Positions 57,488-64,000 of a stretch of DNA of 64,000 nucleotides are shown in pieces. Source of the DNA: Patescibacteria group bacterium (GTDB lineage: Bacteria; Patescibacteriota; Dojkabacteria; JAKAPS01); assembly GCA_025450075.1 (NCBI GenBank), contig JANWIC010000008.1, positions 11,289 to 75,288 of the forward strand, given 5' to 3'. Each line of letters opens with the position of its first letter. The stretch's first letter is position 1. The notes below the pieces were generated by a model. The model saw nothing but the letters and a program-made list of their open reading frames with translations. It ran no database searches and was not told the DNA's origin. The position numbers and the translations under genes are program-made.

Positions 57488-57907
57488 CTATATATTAGTA
57501 ATAGTAAAGGTACTATCTGAAAAAAGCGTTTCTTTTATTGTCTTTACTATCTGTTCAGGTGTATAGTCACTTTTTGAGATAAACAAATTTACACCTAGTT
57601 TTGAGCATTCTTTCATAACATCATTATTTAGCATATTTGTCAGTACAATCACTTTAGTATTTGTCCATTGCGATCGAATATGTTTCAATAAATCCAATCC
57701 TGAAATATCTGGAAGCATTAAATCAAGGATTACCAATGAGATAGGATGTTCATTATACTTATTAATTGCAGATTTCCCGCTCTTTGAAATGAGAACCCGA
57801 TATCCTTCTCTAGAGAAGGCGTTAAAATAAATTTTTGCTAATATTTCTTCATCTTCTACAAGAAGAATACTAAATTTTTTATTTTTACGGTATTCAATGA
57901 TATCCAT
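57488..57907 (-). CDS. Stand-alone CheY-like response-regulator receiver protein
   Basis: 'ILLVEDEEILAKIY...LVILDLMLPDISGLDLLKHIR...KVIVLTN' with no output domain. Confidence 0.8.
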   Translation of the reverse strand: MDIIEYRKNKKFSILLVEDEEILAKIYFNAFSREGYRVLISKSGKSAINKYNEHPISLVILDLMLPDISGLDLLKHIRSQWTNTKVIVLTNMLNNDVMKECSKLGVNLFISKSDYTPEQIVKTIKETLFSDSTFTITNI

Positions 57908-58182
57908 AACAATAAATAAAACCCATGGTTTTGCATTATAAGTTAAATGAATATTAAATTCTCTATATAGACAACTACATATTTGAATATACTAGATTCG
58001 ATTTCTTATAATGGGTATGGGTTGAATGAGGCAGGAGTGGGGGCTCCTGCCTCTCACTCAATTTTATTCCATCCCGATTAAACCACATTTCCATTAATAA
58101 AGGAAGGAGTAATCCTGATTCATCAGAAAGGTTGCAAAATGAAGATGAATTCGGTATTATCCGAAGGAATTATACATAGCTC

Positions 58183-58776
58183 ATGGCTATTAGAACTGTA
58201 ATTAAAATTGGTGAACCCAAATTAAGGAAAAAAAGCGTTGATGTACCCATCAACGATATCCAAACCCCATACATTCAAGGAATCATACAGGACTTATCTG
58301 ATACCTTATTAGAATACAAAACGAAAAAAGGAATATATAAAGGAGTGGGACTTGCAGCTAACCAAATTGGTATTAATTATCGTATCTTCATTATTCATAT
58401 ACCCCCAAGAAGGGGTATTAAAGATGATCCGCATTGTATGCCTCTAACTGTCTTTATAAACCCGAAATTAGTAAACCATGGAGAGAAAACTACTTCTCTA
58501 TTTGAAGGATGTATGAGCTTCAAACATTACCGGGCAATCATATCGCGGTTTGATGAAGTAGAAGTGGAAGCATATGACCAGCACGCTCAAGTATTCAGGA
58601 TGAAATTAAAAGGGTTTAAAGCAAGAGTTTTTCAGCATGAATATGACCATCTTGAAGGGATTATGTATATTGATAAAGCAGATACTCGTACACTCATTAC
58701 ACAGCGCCAATACAAATTAAAGTGGATGAAGGCACTTCCAGAAGAAATTGATAAACTGATTAATAATCAATATTAA
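58183..58776 (+). CDS. def: Peptide deformylase
   Basis: Motifs 'GVGLAANQIG', 'EGCMS' and 'QHEYDHLEG'. Confidence 0.85.
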   Translation: MAIRTVIKIGEPKLRKKSVDVPINDIQTPYIQGIIQDLSDTLLEYKTKKGIYKGVGLAANQIGINYRIFIIHIPPRRGIKDDPHCMPLTVFINPKLVNHGEKTTSLFEGCMSFKHYRAIISRFDEVEVEAYDQHAQVFRMKLKGFKARVFQHEYDHLEGIMYIDKADTRTLITQRQYKLKWMKALPEEIDKLINNQY

Positions 58777-58814
58777 TCATTGTCTTTGCAACATAAAAGG
58801 CTTACAATACTAAT

Positions 58815-59573
58815 ATGGAGAATATCATTGAGGTTAAAAACCTAACTAAAAAATATGGATCATTTACAGCTGTAAACGGAATCTCATTTTCAGTAGAAAA
58901 AGGAGAGGTTTTTGGGATTTTGGGACCAAACGGAGCAGGAAAGACAACAACTCTTGAGATGATTGAAGGTCTTCGTGATATCACTTCAGGTACAATTTCT
59001 GTCGATGGATTAAATGTAAAAAAACAAAGAGAAGAAGTAAAGAAAATTATTGGAGTCCAACTTCAAACAACTGGTTTTTTTGAAAACCTCACATTGAAAG
59101 AACTCCTTGTAATGTACGGAACTTTATATAATATGAAGGTTGACCCTATGGCCATACTTGAAGAAGTAGAATTGAGCGAAAAAGCGAATGCCCAGACAGT
59201 CACTCTTTCAGGAGGACAAAAGCAACGCTTCTCTATAGCCCTTGCATTAGCAAATGACCCAAAAGTCATGTTTTTAGATGAACCTACAACTGGACTTGAC
59301 CCACAGGCTCGAAGGCATTTATGGACATTAATTCAGCAAATTCAGGAGAAAGGGAAAACCATTGTTTTAACTACCCATTATATGGAAGAGGCAGAAGAAT
59401 TATGTCAAAGAGTTGCAATAATGGATCATGGAGAAATAGTCCAGTTGGATACTCCAGATAACCTGATAGATGCATTACTACAAAAAGGTTTTTCAAAAAA
59501 AAGAGTCGAAAAGCAGGCAAATCTAGAAGATGTTTTTATTGATCTTACCGGTCATGATTTACGTGAAGAATAA
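58815..59573 (+). CDS. ABC transporter ATP-binding protein (ABC-2/drug-exporter type)
   Basis: Walker A 'GPNGAGKTT', signature 'LSGGQKQR' and Walker B 'VMFLDEPTTGLD'. Confidence 0.85.
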   Translation: MENIIEVKNLTKKYGSFTAVNGISFSVEKGEVFGILGPNGAGKTTTLEMIEGLRDITSGTISVDGLNVKKQREEVKKIIGVQLQTTGFFENLTLKELLVMYGTLYNMKVDPMAILEEVELSEKANAQTVTLSGGQKQRFSIALALANDPKVMFLDEPTTGLDPQARRHLWTLIQQIQEKGKTIVLTTHYMEEAEELCQRVAIMDHGEIVQLDTPDNLIDALLQKGFSKKRVEKQANLEDVFIDLTGHDLREE

Positions 59574-59576
59574 TTT

Positions 59577-60680
59577 ATGGAACAATTAAGAGCTTTAACA
59601 ATAGCATCATTTAAAATGTATTTCAGGAATAAAAGTGCTGTATTTTTCAGCCTTTTCATCCCAATCCTTATCATCATCATCTTTGGAGTTTTACTTGGCG
59701 GCAATGGCAGTAAACTATCCATTGGTATTAATGATCAGGCAAATAACCAATCTTCACAAAATATTATTTCGCAATTAAAAAAAATAGACTCATTTACTAT
59801 CTCAAGCGGGGTATATGATAATGAGATAAAATCTTTGAAATCAGGTGATAGAGATATTGTACTGGTCTTTCCGAAAGGTTTTTCCCTTACACCAGTAGAT
59901 ACATCATCTCCATCAAAGATTCAAGCGTATTATGACCAGGCCAAATCACAAACTGCACAAGTCGGTTTATTAGTATTAGATAATATTGTACAAACAATCA
60001 ATCAGGGAATCTATTCAAATATATCAAAGCAATCAGTTCCGCAATATGTCAGTCTTGAACAAAAAGGAATCGAGACAAATAATTTGAGTGGTATTGATTT
60101 TCTTGTTCCCGGTATCATCGCAATGTCCATTATGCAACTGGGACTTTTCAGTGTAGCATTTGCATTTACTACTATGAAAAAGACCGGGGCATTGAAGAGA
60201 TTACAGGCAACACCTGCTAAACCGTCAAATTTCATTATTGCTCAATCATTGTCAAGATTAGGAATATCTATGATTCAGGTTTTAATCCTTATCGGAATTG
60301 GAATAGCACTTTTTAAGTTGCATATGTATGGAAATATTATCTTCTTTTTCTTCTTCATCCTTCTTGGTGCTGCAGTATTTCTTGCAATGGGATTTGCTGT
60401 GGCAGGATATTCTAAAGATGAAAATCAGGCGGCTCCTATTACAAACTTCATTCAGCTTCCCATGCTGTTTTTATCAGGAGTATTTTTCCCACGAACTCTC
60501 ATGCCGGATTTCTTAAAAAATGTTACATCCATTCTCCCTCTAACTTATCTTGCAGATGCTCTCAGACAAATTGCAAATAACGGTGCAGGAATTTCTCAAC
60601 TTTGGGGAGATTTTATCGGGTTGCTAATTTGGGCTATAATTTGTATGATTATAGCGGTCAAAGTATTTAAATGGGAGTAA
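59577..60680 (+). CDS. ABC-2 family transporter permease
   Basis: 367 aa with an N-terminal TM, a large extracytoplasmic loop and five C-terminal TMs. Directly follows the ATPase. Confidence 0.7.
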   Translation: MEQLRALTIASFKMYFRNKSAVFFSLFIPILIIIIFGVLLGGNGSKLSIGINDQANNQSSQNIISQLKKIDSFTISSGVYDNEIKSLKSGDRDIVLVFPKGFSLTPVDTSSPSKIQAYYDQAKSQTAQVGLLVLDNIVQTINQGIYSNISKQSVPQYVSLEQKGIETNNLSGIDFLVPGIIAMSIMQLGLFSVAFAFTTMKKTGALKRLQATPAKPSNFIIAQSLSRLGISMIQVLILIGIGIALFKLHMYGNIIFFFFFILLGAAVFLAMGFAVAGYSKDENQAAPITNFIQLPMLFLSGVFFPRTLMPDFLKNVTSILPLTYLADALRQIANNGAGISQLWGDFIGLLIWAIICMIIAVKVFKWE

Positions 60681-60688
60681 CTGCCTAA

Positions 60689-62362
60689 ATGTTTACAAAA
60701 ATTACAAAGGGTCTTCGAATTGGCTCTTCTCTTACCAGCGTTAAGTTTATTACCTCTACCCTGCTGACCATTATTCTTTCAGCGGTGTTTTTAATGCTTA
60801 TCTATGCATGGAGCACTGCACAAATTCTAACCCAGCAAGTATTGAATGATGAAGGAAGTGCGGTTCAAACTGCTGCATCTTCAATAGATTCATTTCTCGA
60901 GCAATCATATACAAACTTAAAAGCAGATTATATCAGTAACAAACCAATTGACCCATCTCTTGGAAAAACTTTCCAAATAGGAATTATACAAGAAAAAGCA
61001 GGTAAAACTTCTAGTATTAATCTTAATGATACTCGTCTTCCCTACCTTACAAATTATCTCCAAAACCAGGGTACAAACACAGCAAAGTATTATTTTGATT
61101 CCACCAATAACTTGCTGTATGTTGTTTATAGTGCAGATGATGGAGGGTATGAAGCAGGAGCAATTGATACAACAACTGATAAGAGCTTGTATAGCATTTA
61201 TAGCCTTTCCGGATACCATGCCTACTTTGTTTCTAATTCTGGAAATATCTTAGACTCAAATACAAAAAATACCGATATCAATTTCATAAAATCATTGAAT
61301 ATCAAATATGATAATTTCCAACAAGTGAAATTGGGAAATATTCATCGAAGCATTTTTTCTTATGCCCCACTTTCTACGGTCAATTTAGGGATTGGGATGC
61401 TTTCAGATCCAATTACCGGAATGCTTATGCAAGATTCAGCAAATTTTTTGTATTTCCTGCTGCTTTTATGTCTTATCCTATTTCTTGCAATCACGATTAT
61501 ATTTGCACTTCTTATCGACATCCCACTTACTCAAACTTTAGATTTCCTTCAGGATTATGCGGAAGGTAACGTTCGTGAATTACATATTCATGCACAAGAT
61601 TCTTTTGGTACATTAGCTAAACATATCAATGAGCTTATCAAAAAAGTGCATAATGATTTCCAACGTATCGGACAAGCAGATTCAATTCAAGAAGATTTCC
61701 TCCTGTTATCTGGACATCTTCTTAGAACTCCTCTGACTTCAATTCAAGGATATGTAGATATCCTCTCTTCATTACAACCGACAAAACAACAATCTGAAAT
61801 TATTACAAATATTCAAACAGCAGTTACGAAACTCAAACAGCTTGAAGAAAATATTATTGCACTTTCTGCTGACAATACAAAAATCATAAATGCACCTGTC
61901 GATAGTGTAAATGCAAAAGAAATAATGGAAGAAATTTTTGCACAAATGGAAACTCAGGCAAAAGAGAAAAATATTAACTTTATATTGGATACAACCTCAA
62001 GTGAGCAAATTGCAATTAAAGTAAATAGAGGCAACATAATCCATGCATTGAAAAATCTCATCGATAATGCCATCAAGTTTACTTCTGAAGGTGGAACAGT
62101 AAAACTGTATGCAAAAGTTAAGGATAATTCAATCATATTCTCAGTTTCAGATACTGGAATTGGAATGACAAAAGATGAATTGGAGAAAATCTTTATCAAA
62201 TTTTCAAAAGTAAGTGATACGCTCGAATATAACTCGGATGGTTTTGGAATAGGACTATATGTGACAAAAATAATTGTTGAAACATATAACGGTAAAGTTT
62301 GGGCAGATTCAATAAAGGGAAGTGGAAGTATCTTTAATATTCAATTACCAATTGGTAATTAA
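60689..62362 (+). CDS. Sensor histidine kinase with a large extracytoplasmic sensor domain
   Basis: Two TM segments flank a ~200-aa periplasmic region. H-box 'SGHLLRTPLTSI', 'LIDNAIKFT' and 'DTGIGMTKDE...GFGIGLYV'. Confidence 0.8.
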   Translation: MFTKITKGLRIGSSLTSVKFITSTLLTIILSAVFLMLIYAWSTAQILTQQVLNDEGSAVQTAASSIDSFLEQSYTNLKADYISNKPIDPSLGKTFQIGIIQEKAGKTSSINLNDTRLPYLTNYLQNQGTNTAKYYFDSTNNLLYVVYSADDGGYEAGAIDTTTDKSLYSIYSLSGYHAYFVSNSGNILDSNTKNTDINFIKSLNIKYDNFQQVKLGNIHRSIFSYAPLSTVNLGIGMLSDPITGMLMQDSANFLYFLLLLCLILFLAITIIFALLIDIPLTQTLDFLQDYAEGNVRELHIHAQDSFGTLAKHINELIKKVHNDFQRIGQADSIQEDFLLLSGHLLRTPLTSIQGYVDILSSLQPTKQQSEIITNIQTAVTKLKQLEENIIALSADNTKIINAPVDSVNAKEIMEEIFAQMETQAKEKNINFILDTTSSEQIAIKVNRGNIIHALKNLIDNAIKFTSEGGTVKLYAKVKDNSIIFSVSDTGIGMTKDELEKIFIKFSKVSDTLEYNSDGFGIGLYVTKIIVETYNGKVWADSIKGSGSIFNIQLPIGN

Positions 62363-62600
62363 GAAAGTTTTTTGTTCAATTTGTAATGCAGCAAAATCTT
62401 CTTTTCTTTTATCAAATCTTTAGCGCGTACCATCTTCATTAACTTCTTTTGTTTCTCAAAGTTATCTACTTTACATTTATATAATATTGATATTGGTTCA
62501 ATTAAATTTGATTTACATTGCATGCATTAACTTTGAATATTTTTAGTATAAAGAATGTAGAATAATTTATCAAACAAATGCAAAAATATTATCTGCGTCA

Positions 62601-62630
62601 TCAAAAAAGGATAGGTAACCCTATCCTTTA
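62601..62630 (-). terminator. Intrinsic terminator of the minus-strand suf-ferredoxin operon
   Basis: Hairpin AGGATAGG-TAAC-CCTATCCT, preceded on the plus strand by AAAAAA (a U-run on the minus transcript). Confidence 0.65.
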
Positions 62631-62649
62631 AAACGACTAAGAAAAATAT

Positions 62650-62886
62650 TTATGCTGCTTCTGGAGGCCAAACTTGTTTTTCAGTTCCATCTTCTGCAAC
62701 ATCAACAATAATAATTGCATTAACAGGACATGCTTTTGCAGCTGCAAGCTGTTGATCAGGTGCATCTCCCTGTTGGTTTACAACTGTAGATTTGCTTTCA
62801 TCATCTAATTGAAATGTTCCTGGTGCAATTGCAACACATGATGCAGCACCGATACATTGATCTGATAAAACTTTTATTTGTAGCAT
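62650..62886 (-). CDS. Small [3Fe-4S]/[4Fe-4S] ferredoxin
   Basis: 'CIGAASCVAIAP...ACPVNAI' cluster-binding pattern. Start trimmed to Met 'MLQIKVLSDQCIG'. Confidence 0.7.
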   Translation of the reverse strand: MLQIKVLSDQCIGAASCVAIAPGTFQLDDESKSTVVNQQGDAPDQQLAAAKACPVNAIIIVDVAEDGTEKQVWPPEAA

Positions 62887-62944
62887 AATTCTTTTTGATA
62901 AGTGACACCAACATATTAGAAGAAAACACAGCACATGTCAACAA

Positions 62945-63310
62945 TTAATCCGTAGAGATTTTTTTAAGTGTCACTAGCGCTAATTCAATACATTTCAATC
63001 GTGTTGGTGTTGGATGAATTCCAAGAATATCAAGAAGCGTATCTAAATGCATCTCTTCTATTTCCTTCATTCTTTTTCCTTTAGCGAATGCACAAATCAT
63101 TTCAGCACTTACCTGGCTTAGCAAACATCCTTCTCCCGTAAAGGAAATATCTTGAATGATTCCATCTTCAGCATGTAAAAATATTTTAACTTGATCTCCA
63201 CAAGATGCATTAAATCCTGTGTAAGTATGTGTTGCATTATCTATTATATACTTATGTTGCATATGATGATAAACATCAAGAATATATTGCCTATACATAT
63301 CATCATCCAT
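62945..63310 (-). CDS. sufU: SufU/IscU-like Fe-S cluster assembly scaffold
   Basis: 'NASCGDQVKIFLHAEDG...FTGEGCLLSQ' matches the SufU conserved Cys/Asp sites. Confidence 0.75.
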   Translation of the reverse strand: MDDDMYRQYILDVYHHMQHKYIIDNATHTYTGFNASCGDQVKIFLHAEDGIIQDISFTGEGCLLSQVSAEMICAFAKGKRMKEIEEMHLDTLLDILGIHPTPTRLKCIELALVTLKKISTD

Positions 63311-64000
63311 TTTTTAATTTGTGATATATGTTTTTTAAAGATATAAGTAATTTCTGTATATCTTCTTCATTGTTATAGATGTGTAGACTTACCCGTGCTA
63401 GCGAATTACAGGAAAGTGAGTGAACGAGAGGTTCAGCACAGTGATTACCAGCTCGGATACATATATGATCACGATCCAATAGGCTTGCTATATCATGACT
63501 ATGTACTCCATCCATGGTAAATGAAACGACACTTGATTTTTGAGGACTTGTTCCATACATTTTAATATATGGAAGGTCTTGTAATTGAGTTTGAAGAATT
63601 TGGAGAAGCTGCAAATTTCTCTTTTCAATATTCTCTATTCCAATCTCTTGCAAATATATAATTGCCGCATGCAAAGCAATTCCTCCAGCAATATGCGGAG
63701 TTCCTGCTTCAAACTTCCATGGTAACTCATTATATTTAAATTCATCTAAAGCAACATGAGAAACCATTTCTCCTCCATAAAAGATCGGATCGAATCTATC
63801 AAGAAGTTCTTCTTTTATATACAAGACACCAAGTCCGGTTGGTCCAAACATCTTATGCGATGAAAATGCATAAAAGTCACAATCATATTTACCCACATCA
63901 ACAGGAATATGCCCAACCGCTTGAGCACCATCAATAACTATATATGCTCCGTTCCTTTTTGCAATTTGGCAGATATCATCAATAGGATTGATGGTACCCA
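63303..64000 (-). CDS. sufS: Cysteine desulfurase SufS (5' part lies beyond the window edge)
   Basis: PLP-lysine motif 'FSSHKMFGPTG' and 'RAGNHCAEPL'. The frame is open to position 64000. Confidence 0.8.
   Translation of the reverse strand, partial: GTINPIDDICQIAKRNGAYIVIDGAQAVGHIPVDVGKYDCDFYAFSSHKMFGPTGLGVLYIKEELLDRFDPIFYGGEMVSHVALDEFKYNELPWKFEAGTPHIAGGIALHAAIIYLQEIGIENIEKRNLQLLQILQTQLQDLPYIKMYGTSPQKSSVVSFTMDGVHSHDIASLLDRDHICIRAGNHCAEPLVHSLSCNSLARVSLHIYNNEEDIQKLLISLKNIYHKLKNG

Noticed and set aside
58140-58200. 19-codon uORF 'MKMNSVLSEGIIHSSWLLEL' overlapping the def start
   Set aside because: There is no SD, and it overlaps the def ATG in the -1 frame. It is most likely a random short ORF.
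1-64000. Search for CRISPR arrays, tRNA/rRNA genes and transposase or integrase genes
   Set aside because: I saw no periodic direct repeats, no GGTTCGAATCC-like T-arm stretches in intergenic regions, and no DDE, tyrosine or serine recombinase motifs in any frame.

Overview
This is an AT-rich bacterial chromosomal segment, roughly mid-30s % GC by eye, with Firmicutes-style Shine-Dalgarno sites (AGGAGGTG) and many short intrinsic terminators. The housekeeping and metabolic genes are clearly bacterial. They include a divergent tgt/queA pair, def, bcp, a minus-strand sufS-sufU-ferredoxin operon, archaeal-type class I fructose-bisphosphate aldolase, heme O synthase, a polyprenyl synthetase, PepF, an HtrA-like protease and an ABC-F ATPase. 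There are also two ABC transporters and three two-component systems. I found no rRNA, tRNA, CRISPR array, transposase or integrase.

Interspersed are several unusual loci, in window order:
- A MerR/GyrI-type regulator is divergently transcribed from a short UvrA lacking the UvrB-binding domain (class II, DrrC/Ecm16-like). A MerR-style 19-bp-spacer promoter with a central dyad sits in front of the UvrA gene.
- An apparently acquired block at 15.8-22.8 kb carries a membrane-anchored VirD4/TraD-like ATPase, a zinc-ribbon plus tandem-CxxC cysteine-rich two-gene operon, an editing-domain-less ThrRS-like paralog with a substituted zinc ligand, and an AAA+ ATPase with a novel N-terminal domain.
- A minus-strand operon encodes a response regulator, a class-II-terpene-cyclase-like protein, a class-I-terpene-synthase-like protein and a GAF histidine kinase. 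A perfect 14-bp inverted repeat sits on its internal start codon.
- A tandem pair of unknown-function paralogs.
- Two unannotated small peptides with strong RBS and terminators, a small stress-protein cluster, an orphan Phd/YefM antitoxin and a frameshifted gene remnant.

Every functional call is from reading motifs by eye with no database search. Several recollections of reference sequences are from memory and are flagged as inference.
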